Positions 1 through 9,568 of a stretch of DNA of 55,942 bases are shown one piece after another (positions within the stretch are counted from its first letter, which is position 1; the number at the start of each line of letters is the position of its first letter). A program made the position numbers and the translations under genes. Source of the stretch: Nanobdellati archaeon (GTDB lineage: Archaea > Nanobdellota > Nanobdellia > Woesearchaeales > JAADFO01); contig JAADFO010000044.1 in the NCBI GenBank assembly GCA_013152815.1, positions 1 through 55,942 of the forward strand. Reading direction: 5' to 3'. The notes below the pieces were generated by a model. That model was not told the DNA's origin. It ran no database searches and saw only the letters and a program-made list of their open reading frames with translations.

Positions 1-1628
1 TTCTCTTTCCCGATCGTTAAGATAAAGCCCGCCAGCTTCGGTCCCTTCTCCTTGTTGATCAGCACCCGGTATGCTGCCGTATAGAAATCCCTGGGTGACA
101 GGTTGTTCCTGTTGATGATCGCATAGGTCGCGTCGAACAGCTCCTGCTCTTCCCAGTCCTTCTCTGCCAGTGTCTTGGCGAGCTCCTTCAACGCTTTCTT
201 GACAGGCTCGCTGATCACGATGCCTTCTGCCACCTTGTCCTGGACCGTGAACCTGAACTGCTCGTCAGCATGGGTGTCTATCCAGTGCTTCGCAAACCTC
301 AGTCTCTCCTGGATGTACGCTTCGCCTGCAGCGTCGAGCTTTTGCGGTATCTGGCCGTATTTCTGCAGCAGGGAGATGGCCTTCTCAATATTTCCCAAGG
401 CAGCCTGGATCACCACAGAGCAGGAGAGGAACGGCACCTGCGGAGGCATCTTAGAAGGAACCTTTCCCACGTTGGACAGCTCATAGATGCGTCGGTGCTT
501 CTGCACCTCATGCTCGTTCTCAGGCTGTTCCTTGCCGAAATAGATGCGCTCTGTCCTGTCGAACCGTTCATAGAGCAGGATGAGGTCGTTCTTGCCCACG
601 GGGTCGAAGTCGATGACCGCGTGGGGCCTGGTGGCGATGAGCAGATAGCGGAGCATCTCTGCAGGAGCATAGTCTGTCGATTCTGCAAACCCGATGCCTC
701 TGCCCTGGGAGGTGGACATCTTCTTGCCGCCGATGTTGAAGAACTCATAGCCTTTCCCTGTCTTCTTCCGGGTGGACGGCCAGGGAGGAGGGAAGTCATA
801 GACTGCATCGGCGATGGCGATGGATACCTCTCTTGAACCAGAATGGGAGAAGTGGTCCTTGCCTGCCCATTCGCAGACGACGCCGAAGACCGGCCACTTG
901 GCTGCCCATTCGACCTTCCAGGGAAGCTTGCCTCCTCCTTTGTAGGGGCTTCGCTCTCCTTCATGGCCGCAGCCTTTGGCCCATTTGACCAGGTTTTCCT
1001 CGCACCTGTATCTTACCATCTCTTTTTCAGGATCCCAGGAGATGGCTCTCGTCGTGCCGATCCTGCCGCACTTTTCGCAGACCGGGTTGAACGGCAATTT
1101 CTTTGGAGCAGAGCCATAGATACGTTCATACACAGCATCTATTTTCGCTGATTCGTCCAATGCCTTCTTGATGGCCCGGTCGAAGTCTCCGTCGATATAG
1201 TGCCTGGCCGTGCTGTCCAGCTCTGCCTCGATGCCGAACTCCTTGAACTTGTCGGTGCTCTGCCTGAAGTAGTAGTCGGCAAAGCTCTCATACCCCTCGA
1301 CAGGGGAAGGGATGTCCCTGAAGGGCATGCCCATGTACTTCTCATATGCGGGGGGAAGGTCTGCGTTCATCTTGTCGAAGGGGTCGAAGTCATCGGCAGA
1401 GAGGATGAACCGTCCCTTCAATCCTCTAGCCCGCAACGCCTTGGCGATGGCATCATGGATGATCCAGCCCCTTCCTGAGCCGATATGGATCTTTCCAGAG
1501 GGGGTCTTCTCGTCCAGGACGATGTATCCTTTCTCCTTCACGATGCGCTGGAGATCTGGTTCCCTTGCGACCCGTTCCTCGACCTCCTTGGCTATCTGGT
1601 CAGCCCAGTGGATGCCCTGATTTTCCAT
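1..1628 (-). CDS. lysS: Class I lysyl-tRNA synthetase (3' end runs off the window; absent from the ORF track)
   Basis: Manual translation from ATG at 1628: MENQGIHWADQIA...KTPSGKIHIGSGRG (HIGH-like), CEKCG zinc motif, KLPWKVEWAAKW, GKDH, KKMSTS (KMSKS-like), GPKLA near the edge. Confidence 0.95.
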   Translation of the reverse strand, partial: MENQGIHWADQIAKEVEERVAREPDLQRIVKEKGYIVLDEKTPSGKIHIGSGRGWIIHDAIAKALRARGLKGRFILSADDFDPFDKMNADLPPAYEKYMGMPFRDIPSPVEGYESFADYYFRQSTDKFKEFGIEAELDSTARHYIDGDFDRAIKKALDESAKIDAVYERIYGSAPKKLPFNPVCEKCGRIGTTRAISWDPEKEMVRYRCEENLVKWAKGCGHEGERSPYKGGGKLPWKVEWAAKWPVFGVVCEWAGKDHFSHSGSREVSIAIADAVYDFPPPWPSTRKKTGKGYEFFNIGGKKMSTSQGRGIGFAESTDYAPAEMLRYLLIATRPHAVIDFDPVGKNDLILLYERFDRTERIYFGKEQPENEHEVQKHRRIYELSNVGKVPSKMPPQVPFLSCSVVIQAALGNIEKAISLLQKYGQIPQKLDAAGEAYIQERLRFAKHWIDTHADEQFRFTVQDKVAEGIVISEPVKKALKELAKTLAEKDWEEQELFDATYAIINRNNLSPRDFYTAAYRVLINKEKGPKLAGFILTIGKE

Positions 1629-1752
1629 GACCGGGAAGGTGCACAGGACCTTTTTAAAGCTTTGTGCCTGCTTCCGGGGCGTGCTGGGCGGACCATAACA
1701 AAAAATTATTAAACCCGACCTCGCATTCTGTCTCGTCAGTCGAGGTTACAGG

Positions 1753-2124
1753 ATGGCAAAAGAGACGAAGACAGAGAAGACCCTCATCGGTGTGGTCGAG
1801 GATGTGGTCATCAACGGCGACAAGGAGCGGCAGAGGACGCTCTATGCCCGTATCGACACCGGGGCCTCCAAGAGCTCCATGGACTCGAAACTGGCTGCAG
1901 AGCTCCATATCGGTCCCATCAAGCGCACCAAGATGGTCAAGAGCGCATCGGGAAACCGGCTGCGTCCCATCGTCGACGCGGTCGTCATCCTGGCGGGGAA
2001 GAAGATCCGTTCGGAGTTCACCCTGGCGGACCGTTCCCATATGCGTTTTCCGATCCTCATCGGCAGGGACATCCTGAGCCACCATGGATTTCTCATCGAT
2101 CCTGACAGGGAGGCGAAGAGATGA
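1753..2124 (+). CDS. RimK-associated retropepsin-like aspartic protease (RimB-like)
   Basis: ARIDTGA and RSHMRFPILIGRD motifs; overlaps the start of the RimK gene (ATGA). Confidence 0.85.
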   Translation: MAKETKTEKTLIGVVEDVVINGDKERQRTLYARIDTGASKSSMDSKLAAELHIGPIKRTKMVKSASGNRLRPIVDAVVILAGKKIRSEFTLADRSHMRFPILIGRDILSHHGFLIDPDREAKR

Positions 2125-3209
2125 AAGCTGCCATCATATCCCAGGGAAGCACCTCTTCTCAGTGGACCGCCAAGGCCATGAGCAAGTATTTCGACGAGGT
2201 CGATGAGGTCAGCATCAACCGCATCGAGATAAACCTGGGCGGCAAGGACACCGAAGTGCTCTATGAGGGGAAGCCTCTTCCTGACTATGACTGCATCTAT
2301 GCCAAGGGTTCGTTCCGCTATGGCCCCCTCTCCCGCGCCCTGACCGCTGCGCTCTGTAAGAAGAGCTATATGCCCATCAAGGCCTCAGCCTTTACCATCG
2401 GCCACGACAAGCTTCTCACCCAGCTCAAGCTCGACCAGTTCAAGATAGCGACTCCGAGGACCTATCTCTCCGCCTCCATCGAGGCCGGGAAGAAGATCCT
2501 GGAGAAGATCAACTACCCCATCGTCATGAAGTTTCCCGACGGCACCCAGGGGAAGGGCGTGATGTTCGCCGACTCCCTCTCATCGGCGAGCTCGTTCCTC
2601 GATGCGCTCACCGTCCTCAAGCAGCCCTTCATCATCCAGGAGTACGTGGATACCGACGGCGTGGACATCCGGGTCATCGTCGTGGGCGACCGTTGCGTGG
2701 CTTCCATGAAGCGCAAGGCCGTCAAGGGCGAGAAACGTTCAAACATCCATGCAGGAGGGACAGGAGAGCCCTTTGTCATCGACGAGAAGCTGCGGAAGAT
2801 ATCCCTCGCGACAGCAAAGGCGCTGGGGGCGGAGATCTGCGCCGTCGACATCATGGAGGGAGCGAAAGGCTATCTGGTCATCGAAGTCAACCTGTCTCCT
2901 GGCCTGCAGGGCATCACCAAGGTCACCAAGATCGATGTGGCCGACAGGATAGCGCAGTTCCTCGCAGCCAAGACCAAAGCGCTCAAGGAAGGCAGCAAGG
3001 AAGAGGACACGAAGAAGATCCTGGAAGAGGTCGGCATCGACAAGGACGGTTCGTTCAAGGAGGTCATCACCAACCTCGATTTCCGCGGCCCCAGGATACT
3101 CCTGCCTGCAGAGGTCTCCAGGGTCATGAAACTCAACGAGAAGGATGAGGTCATCCTCAAGGCAGAACGGGGCAGGCTCGAGATCCGAAAGATGGACATC
3201 GGCGAGTGA
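2121..3209 (+). CDS. rimK: RimK-family ATP-grasp alpha-L-glutamate ligase with C-terminal AbrB/SpoVT-like extension
   Basis: DKLLT, GTQGKGV, IIQEYV, DIRVIVVG, RSNIHAGG, EVNLSPG ATP-grasp motifs. Confidence 0.88.
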   Translation: MKAAIISQGSTSSQWTAKAMSKYFDEVDEVSINRIEINLGGKDTEVLYEGKPLPDYDCIYAKGSFRYGPLSRALTAALCKKSYMPIKASAFTIGHDKLLTQLKLDQFKIATPRTYLSASIEAGKKILEKINYPIVMKFPDGTQGKGVMFADSLSSASSFLDALTVLKQPFIIQEYVDTDGVDIRVIVVGDRCVASMKRKAVKGEKRSNIHAGGTGEPFVIDEKLRKISLATAKALGAEICAVDIMEGAKGYLVIEVNLSPGLQGITKVTKIDVADRIAQFLAAKTKALKEGSKEEDTKKILEEVGIDKDGSFKEVITNLDFRGPRILLPAEVSRVMKLNEKDEVILKAERGRLEIRKMDIGE

Positions 3210-3278
3210 AGGGCCATATCGGTCGGCTGTTTCTCTCTGAACAAAAGATTTATTATCTCTCTGTCATCCTATGCTTCC

Positions 3279-3434
3279 ATGAGCATCCTCAAAGGCATAG
3301 GTATCGGCCTGATGATCGGAGGACTCTGGAGCTATCTGGGCGTCATCCCTGTCCTGGGCGGCTATCTGGTGTCCAACGCGACCCCGGTCATGGTGGTCCT
3401 CGGGCTTGTCCTCTTTTTCGTGGGCCAACGCTAA
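3279..3434 (+). CDS. Small 51-aa two-TM membrane protein (below the ORF-track cutoff)
   Basis: MSILKGIGIGLMIGGLWSYLGVIPVLGGYLVSNATPVMVVLGLVLFFVGQR*; BRE/TATA-like AAAAGATTTATTA about 25 bp upstream. Confidence 0.7.
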   Translation: MSILKGIGIGLMIGGLWSYLGVIPVLGGYLVSNATPVMVVLGLVLFFVGQR

Positions 3435-3518
3435 TCAATCAGGGCAGCGGATCGACCGGAAGATGCGGTATGGTCCAGGTCCGGCAGGGCTGCAGCGATA
3501 TTCTGCCCGGCCTTCTTC

Positions 3519-5093
3519 TCAGCAGGAAGTATCCCGGGATGTCCTGTCGACAGATCCTTTTCCACGTCGCTTCTCTGCAAGTCGGTGGAGCTTCTTGCCC
3601 CAGGGCGTAGGATACTTGCCCGTTACGCAGGCAAGGCAGAGGTCGTTCTTCGGCAGACCGATGGCCTTGACCAGGCCGCTGACCGTCTGGTATCTGAGCG
3701 AATCGGCTCCGATGTCCTTCGCCATCGTCCTGAGCGTCTCCTGGGGCAGGGCATTCATGCCGAGCCTGTCGGAGAATTTCCTGGCGAAGAGCTCGCTGAC
3801 GGTCGACATGTCGATGCCATAGAAGCAGGGAGCGATGATGGGCGGGCAGGAGACCCGGACGTGGACCTCCTTGGCTTCTCCTTCTTCCTTGAGGTATTTG
3901 ACGATGTTCTTGGTCGTGGTGCCCCTGACGACAGAATCGTCGACGATGATGATCCTCTTGTCCTTGACCACTTCCCTGAGGACGGCGAACTTGTTCTTGA
4001 CCTTCTCGAACCTTCCCCTCCCTTCGATGAAGGTCCTGCCGACATAGCGGTTCCTGATGAGCCCTTCGACCGACGGCAGCCCCAGGGCGTAGGCATAGGC
4101 GTCCCCTGCCGGCTTGGCGCTGTCCGGCACCGGGATGACCAGCGTATCCTTGTCGAGCTTCAGGGTCTCCTGCTTGGCGAGCTCCTTTCCCAGGCGTTCC
4201 CTGACGAGATAGACAGACTTCTCCTCCATGACCGAGCTGACGCTGGCGAAATAGACCCACTCGAACATGCAATGGGCCGGCTTTGCCCTGGCGAATCTGC
4301 ATATCCGCGGCTTTTTTCCGTTGATGTAGAGCATGCATCCCGGGGGGACGGTCTTGATGGTCTTGACTCCGACATTGGAGAGTGCGTTCGATTCAGACGC
4401 CACGAACGTGATGCCGTCCTTCTCCCCGTAGACCAGCGGACGTATGCCGCTGGGGTCCCTTGCGGCCACCATCTCTCCGCGGGCGTTGAGATAGGTGAGC
4501 GACCATGAGCCGTCGAACACATCGGCAAGGTTGCGGAAGACCTCGACGAGGTCAGGTGCCCTGGAGTGCTTGCCGAGCTCCCTGGACAGATAATGCATGA
4601 TGATCTCGGTGTCGACGTTCTGCACCAGATGATAGTCTGATTTCTTCAGGAGCTTCTCCCGCAGCTCTGAGAAGTTGGCGATGTTGCCGTTGAAGCCGAA
4701 GGAGAACCATTTCCATTTCCGGCCGTGATGCCGCTCGAAGGGCTGGGCGAAAGATTTGTCGTCCTTTCCGCAGGTCGCATATCGCACGTGGCCGATGCCC
4801 TTGTTGGCTGCGTATCGCTTGAAGATCCTCGCAGACAGGAGAGGGAAGGAGGTCTTGAACACCTCATTGACCATGCCCAGGTCCTTGTAGGTGTCGATGA
4901 GCTGGGTCCTTTTCGGATTATAGGTGGTGATGCCTGCGCTCAGCTGGCCTCTGCCCTGCATGTTGAGAAGGAGCTTGTAGAGGTACTTGACGACGTTTCC
5001 TTCTTCAGGATGGCCGTCGGGTATGTTGACGAGAGCAACTCCGCAGTTGTCGTGGATGTCGTCAAGTCCCATGATGATGGGCTTGTTCTCCAC
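3519..5093 (-). CDS. purF: Amidophosphoribosyltransferase
   Basis: Propeptide then CG (Ntn nucleophile), RGQ, GHVRYAT, FNGNIAN, VDDSVVRGTT PRPP loop, Fe-S-type cysteines (CMFE, CFYGID, CLAC). Confidence 0.96.
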   Translation of the reverse strand: MENKPIIMGLDDIHDNCGVALVNIPDGHPEEGNVVKYLYKLLLNMQGRGQLSAGITTYNPKRTQLIDTYKDLGMVNEVFKTSFPLLSARIFKRYAANKGIGHVRYATCGKDDKSFAQPFERHHGRKWKWFSFGFNGNIANFSELREKLLKKSDYHLVQNVDTEIIMHYLSRELGKHSRAPDLVEVFRNLADVFDGSWSLTYLNARGEMVAARDPSGIRPLVYGEKDGITFVASESNALSNVGVKTIKTVPPGCMLYINGKKPRICRFARAKPAHCMFEWVYFASVSSVMEEKSVYLVRERLGKELAKQETLKLDKDTLVIPVPDSAKPAGDAYAYALGLPSVEGLIRNRYVGRTFIEGRGRFEKVKNKFAVLREVVKDKRIIIVDDSVVRGTTTKNIVKYLKEEGEAKEVHVRVSCPPIIAPCFYGIDMSTVSELFARKFSDRLGMNALPQETLRTMAKDIGADSLRYQTVSGLVKAIGLPKNDLCLACVTGKYPTPWGKKLHRLAEKRRGKGSVDRTSRDTSC

Positions 5094-5164
5094 AATATAT
5101 AAATATTTCTATGCTCCTGGCGGTTCCTGACAGTCCGTCTGCCCGAAGAAAAAAGGAAAAGCAC

Positions 5165-5177
5165 AAGCCATTTATAC
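5165..5177 (+). promoter_or_regulatory. TATA-like element of the purD-fau-glyA unit
   Basis: AAGCCATTTATAC in the purF/purD divergent intergenic region. Confidence 0.5.
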
Positions 5178-5275
5178 CGGTAACCTCTTCATTCTGCCGG
5201 GCGGCCGGCAGGGGAGGCTGCTCGAAGCATCAGCTGTCCGGAAAAGCGCCAAGGGGGGATACTATGGGGGGTACT

Positions 5276-6592
5276 ATGGATGAAACAGTCAAGGTTCTTC
5301 TTATCGGAAATGGAGCGAGGGAGCATGTCCTGGCGAAGACGTTCATGAGGGCTCCTGAAAAGGTCGCACTCTACGGGGTCATGGCCGCTAAGAATCCGGG
5401 CATCGGAGAGTTGTGTGAGGAAAGCTTCATCACGCCGCTGGACGATCTCGCTTCCATAGTCGCCTTTGCCAAGCGTTCAGGCGTCGACTTCGCCGTCATC
5501 GGGCCGGAGAAGCCTCTCGCAGACGGCATCGTGGATGCGCTTGCAGAAGAAGGCATCCCCTCTGTCGGACCGACCAGGGAGCTCGCCCAGCTGGAATCCT
5601 CCAAGGGTTTCACCCGTTCCCTGATGGAGCGCTACGGTGTTCCGGGCCTGCCCCGATTCATGATCCTCAAGACCGAGGAGAACCTCCAGAAGTTCATCGA
5701 CGGGCTGGAACAGATCGTGGTGAAGCCCGACGGGCTCACCGGCGGCAAAGGCGTACAGGTCCAGGGCGACCACTTCCAGACCAAGGAGGAAGGTCTCGCC
5801 TACGCGAAGAAGCTCATCGAACAGGACGGCAAGGTCGTCATCGAGGAGAAGCTCGTTGGAGAGGAGTTCTCGCTCATGACCCTGACGGACGGACGGACCA
5901 TCCGAGACTGTCCTCTTGTCCAGGACCACAAACGGGCTTTTGTCATGGACAAAGGACCGAACACCGGCGGCATGGGTTCCTACTCTGAAGCCGACCATTC
6001 GCTCCCGTTCCTCACTGCTGCCGATGTGCGGAAGGCCCGCAGGATAAACGAGAAGATGGTCGAGGTCCTCTACCGGGAGACCGGGAAGTATTTCAAAGGT
6101 GTCCTCTACGGCGGGTTCATCGCCACCAAGGACGATGTGAAGCTCATCGAATACAATGTCCGTTTCGGAGACCCTGAAGCCATGAACGTGCTTCCCTTGC
6201 TCAGGACGAGTCTCGTATCGGTCTGCCGGGCCATCATCGACGGGACGCTCAGGGACCTGGAAGTGGAGTTCGACCATCGGGCGACGGTCTGCAAATACAT
6301 CGTTCCCGAGGGCTATCCAGAACACCCGGTCAAGGGCGAGACCGTCACCATCGGTCCCCATGATGCAGACCTTTACTTCGCGAGCGTGGAGAAGAAGGAC
6401 GGTCATCTTGTGATGCTCGGCAGCAGGGCGCTCGCCTTCGTGGGGGTAGGTGCGACGCTCGAAGAGGCCGAGAGGATCGCGCAGGCCAGTGTCGAAGGCG
6501 TGAAAGGGAAGGTCTTCTTCCGGCAAGACATCGGCACCCAGAAACTGATCGACCGCAGGATAGCTCATATGCAGGAATTACGGGGGGAATGA
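5276..6592 (+). CDS. purD: Phosphoribosylamine-glycine ligase (start revised from 5111)
   Basis: IGNGAREH, IGPEKPL, LESSKGF, KPDGLTGGKGV, QDHKR, GPNTGGMG, EYNVRFGDPE. Confidence 0.96.
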   Translation: MDETVKVLLIGNGAREHVLAKTFMRAPEKVALYGVMAAKNPGIGELCEESFITPLDDLASIVAFAKRSGVDFAVIGPEKPLADGIVDALAEEGIPSVGPTRELAQLESSKGFTRSLMERYGVPGLPRFMILKTEENLQKFIDGLEQIVVKPDGLTGGKGVQVQGDHFQTKEEGLAYAKKLIEQDGKVVIEEKLVGEEFSLMTLTDGRTIRDCPLVQDHKRAFVMDKGPNTGGMGSYSEADHSLPFLTAADVRKARRINEKMVEVLYRETGKYFKGVLYGGFIATKDDVKLIEYNVRFGDPEAMNVLPLLRTSLVSVCRAIIDGTLRDLEVEFDHRATVCKYIVPEGYPEHPVKGETVTIGPHDADLYFASVEKKDGHLVMLGSRALAFVGVGATLEEAERIAQASVEGVKGKVFFRQDIGTQKLIDRRIAHMQELRGE

Positions 6593-7200
6593 TGAAACAG
6601 CGTTTACGGAACGCATCGCGGCAGCGTCGCATCAGACGGTCGCGGCAGCAGCTGGTGCAGTTCAGCCGTGCCATCTGTCATCGTCTGGAGGCTCTCCCTC
6701 TCTATGCCGATGCCACAAGCGTGTTGTTCTATGCCTCCAAGGAGGATGAGGTCCAGACCCATGAACTCATCCGTCGGGCATCGACGAGCAAGCAGGTCCT
6801 GCTGCCCCGTGTCCTGGGAAAGCACGGTCTGAGCATCCACAGGATATCCTCCTTCGACGATCTCACTCCCGGAAGGTTCGGTATCCTCGAGCCTCCCTCC
6901 ATCGGGAAGGTCTCTCCGAAAAGCATCGGTCTCGCGCTCATTCCGGGGTTTGCCTTCGACCGGGAGGGCCACAGGATAGGCTACGGGCTCGGCTATTATG
7001 ACCGCCTTCTTCGGCAGTTCAAGGGGACCACCATCGGACTCTGTTTCGAGGCCGACTTGCATAGGCGCGTCCCCTGTCAGGAGCATGATGTGCCGGTCGA
7101 CCTGGTGGTCACCGAGGAAAGGGTGATATGGACCGGCAAGAAGAAGAGACCCGGCAAAGGACAGGACCGGGCAAAGGACGGCTCTGGTCCAGGAGCATAG
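6589..7200 (+). CDS. 5-formyltetrahydrofolate cyclo-ligase
   Basis: FGILEP, LIPGFAFDREGHRIGYGLGYYDRLL, HDVPVD. Confidence 0.93.
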   Translation: MMKQRLRNASRQRRIRRSRQQLVQFSRAICHRLEALPLYADATSVLFYASKEDEVQTHELIRRASTSKQVLLPRVLGKHGLSIHRISSFDDLTPGRFGILEPPSIGKVSPKSIGLALIPGFAFDREGHRIGYGLGYYDRLLRQFKGTTIGLCFEADLHRRVPCQEHDVPVDLVVTEERVIWTGKKKRPGKGQDRAKDGSGPGA

Positions 7201-7251
7201 GACAAACAAGAGCATGCATATGAAAGCATTATATCGATGAGGTGGTAAGGA

Positions 7252-8592
7252 GTGGTTGCGCTCAAGGATGCTGATAAGGAAGTTGTGGAGATCATCGAAC
7301 AGGAACGGCTTCGTCAGGAGTCTTCTTTGGAGATGATCCCTTCAGAGAATTTCACCAGCCGTGCGGTGATGGAAGCGAGCGGCTCGGTGCTCACCAACAA
7401 ATATTCAGAAGGCTATGCCCACAGACGCTACTACGGCGGCAACGAGCATATCGACGAGGTGGAGGACCTGGCCATCGCCAGGGCAAAGGAACTCTTCAGG
7501 GTCGAGCATGTCAATGTGCAGCCCTATTCAGGCAGTCCGGCAAACCTTGCGGTCTATCTGGCCACCTGTAAGCCGGGCGATGCATTCATGGGCCTCAACC
7601 TCCTTGATGGAGGCCATCTCACCCATGGATGGAAGGTCTCTGCCTCTGCCCTGTTCTATCATTCTGTCCCTTATCATGTCCGGCCTGACGGCTATCTGGA
7701 CATGGAGGAGGTCAGACGTCTTGCGCTGGAGCATCGGCCGAAGCTCATCTGGTGCGGCATCACCGCCTATACGCGTGAAGTGCCCTTTGCAGAGTTCGCG
7801 AAGATTGCCGATGAGGTCGGTGCCTACCTCGTTGCCGACATCGCCCACATCTCCGGATTGGTGGCGACCGGTGCCCATCCTTCGCCTGTTCCCCATGTCC
7901 ATCTTGTAACGACGACGAGCCATAAGACCCTGCGCGGTCCCCGTGGCGGCATGATCATGGTCACTAAGAAAGGGCTTGAGAAGGATCCTGACCTGGCCAA
8001 GAAGGTCGATCGGGCGGTGTTTCCCGGGCTTCAGGGCGGTCCTCATGACCATACGACGGCAGCGTTGGCCGTGGCCCTCAAGGAAGCGCTACAGCCGGAT
8101 TTCAAGGTCTATATCGCGCAGGTGGTGAAGAACTGTCAGGCGCTCGGAATGGCGATGGCTGCCAAGGGCATTACGTTGGTGACCGGCGGCTCGGACAACC
8201 ACATGCAGCTCATCGACCTCACTCCCTTCGGCAAAGGAAAGGGCCTGTATGTGCAGGAAGCCCTGGACATCGCAGGCATCACCGTCAACAAGAATACGGT
8301 CCCTGGAGAGCCTTCTTCACCGTTCTATCCCAGCGGCATACGTCTGGGGACTCCTGCCCTGACGACCAGGGGCATGAAGGAGCAGGAGATGGAACAGATA
8401 GGCGGGTGGATCGCAGAGGTCATCGGGCTTGTCAAGGATTTCGGGATGCCGGACGACAAGGCAGAACGAACAGAGGCCATCACGCATTTCCGGAAGTGGC
8501 TGGAGGGGGATGCTCGTATCAGGGAGATCCGTGAAGAGGTGAGAGCGTTGGCAGGTCGTTTTCCGCTCTATCCCGGCCTGACCTACCGGTGA
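7252..8592 (+). CDS. glyA: Serine hydroxymethyltransferase (bacterial type)
   Basis: LEMIPSEN, NKYSEGY, GGHLTHG, TTTSHKTLRGPRGG, FPGLQGGP, GIRLGTPA. Confidence 0.97.
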   Translation: MVALKDADKEVVEIIEQERLRQESSLEMIPSENFTSRAVMEASGSVLTNKYSEGYAHRRYYGGNEHIDEVEDLAIARAKELFRVEHVNVQPYSGSPANLAVYLATCKPGDAFMGLNLLDGGHLTHGWKVSASALFYHSVPYHVRPDGYLDMEEVRRLALEHRPKLIWCGITAYTREVPFAEFAKIADEVGAYLVADIAHISGLVATGAHPSPVPHVHLVTTTSHKTLRGPRGGMIMVTKKGLEKDPDLAKKVDRAVFPGLQGGPHDHTTAALAVALKEALQPDFKVYIAQVVKNCQALGMAMAAKGITLVTGGSDNHMQLIDLTPFGKGKGLYVQEALDIAGITVNKNTVPGEPSSPFYPSGIRLGTPALTTRGMKEQEMEQIGGWIAEVIGLVKDFGMPDDKAERTEAITHFRKWLEGDARIREIREEVRALAGRFPLYPGLTYR

Positions 8593-8643
8593 GGGCGATC
8601 GGCGATCTTGCCTTTGCGGGTTCATCCTCTCTGCACGGCTGTT

Positions 8644-8693
8644 ATGTCCTGTGATATATAATGTCCTGTGATATATATCTTCTGAGATATAAA
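8644..8693. repeat. 17-bp tandem repeat ATGTCCTGTGATATATA x2 plus a degenerate third copy
   Basis: Perfect copies at 8644-8660 and 8661-8677, then TCTTCTGAGATATAAA. Confidence 0.85.
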
Positions 8694-8812
8694 TATTTAT
8701 ACAGATATCTCCGTATGAACACCGGAACAGAGAGAACGTTCGGCTGTGTGTTAAGGGACCTGCTCTTCCGGTAGGGAAAGCAGAGAAAAAGCAGTGATGC
8801 ACATAGTGATAA

Positions 8813-9568
8813 GTGATGACGCCAAACTGGAATATTGACAGTAAAGACCCCTTAGTTCTTTCTCCTGCAGATATGCCTCCTCTTGAGCATCTTGTCAAGA
8901 ACATGGAGACCTATGGCTTCCAGTCCCCTGATTCTGGTCCGCCTATCGGAGGAGACCCTCTCAAAGGAGACCGTTTCACCAGCAAAGCGATCTATAACCT
9001 TCACGAGCTCCTCAATCTTCTCGACGGAAAATACCAGACCCATGACAGCACCCTGCTATCCCAGGCCATCATCAAAGAGGATCCCCCTGATAGGACGCAG
9101 GAGAGCGAGCGGCTCCTCTCCTATATCCTGCGCCCTCAGCAGATCTTTGACCATCCGGATGACCATGACCTTCTTGTCATCAAAAGAAAGACAAGCGGTG
9201 ACAAGACCTGCTTCCTCATAGCCTATGACCGTCAGGCAGAGCCCTCCTCTGCTACGTCGATGGCACCACCTCCTTTCTTCAAGACAAACTATGCGATCTT
9301 CCAGAACGGAAGCTTCATCCAGGTCCTTCTGAAAGAGCTGGAAAAGAGCCCCTCTGGTGGAGAAAGCAGATACAGCCTCATCGTCATGCACGATCAGGAA
9401 AAGATTTATGACGATCAGTTGGTCATGTCCAATCCGCAGGCCACGGCCTTCATCCCTCTGCTTTTCCGTCAATATGTGGTCTCTTCAGCGACCACAGACA
9501 ATCAGGCGTTCCTAAACACATATATATTGCCCGCACTCTCTCAGACCCATGCCAGCAGAACTTCTTGA
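8813..9568 (+). CDS. Hypothetical protein (251 aa)
   Basis: Fills the glyA-folD gap and overlaps the folD start; no motif recognised. Confidence 0.7.
   Translation: MMTPNWNIDSKDPLVLSPADMPPLEHLVKNMETYGFQSPDSGPPIGGDPLKGDRFTSKAIYNLHELLNLLDGKYQTHDSTLLSQAIIKEDPPDRTQESERLLSYILRPQQIFDHPDDHDLLVIKRKTSGDKTCFLIAYDRQAEPSSATSMAPPPFFKTNYAIFQNGSFIQVLLKELEKSPSGGESRYSLIVMHDQEKIYDDQLVMSNPQATAFIPLLFRQYVVSSATTDNQAFLNTYILPALSQTHASRTS

Noticed and set aside
175..1712. Many plus-strand ORFs here and long antisense ORFs throughout the window
   Set aside because: Shadow frames of real genes caused by codon bias; this stretch is lysS on the minus strand.
3472..3497. GGTCCAGGTCCGGCAGGGCTGCAGC resembles SRP RNA helix 8
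   Set aside because: The loop is not GNRA, the AGCAG side is imperfect, and the ~85-bp gap cannot hold an archaeal SRP RNA.
5195..5275. ZTP or purine riboswitch upstream of purD
   Set aside because: Consensus motifs were not recognisable by eye.
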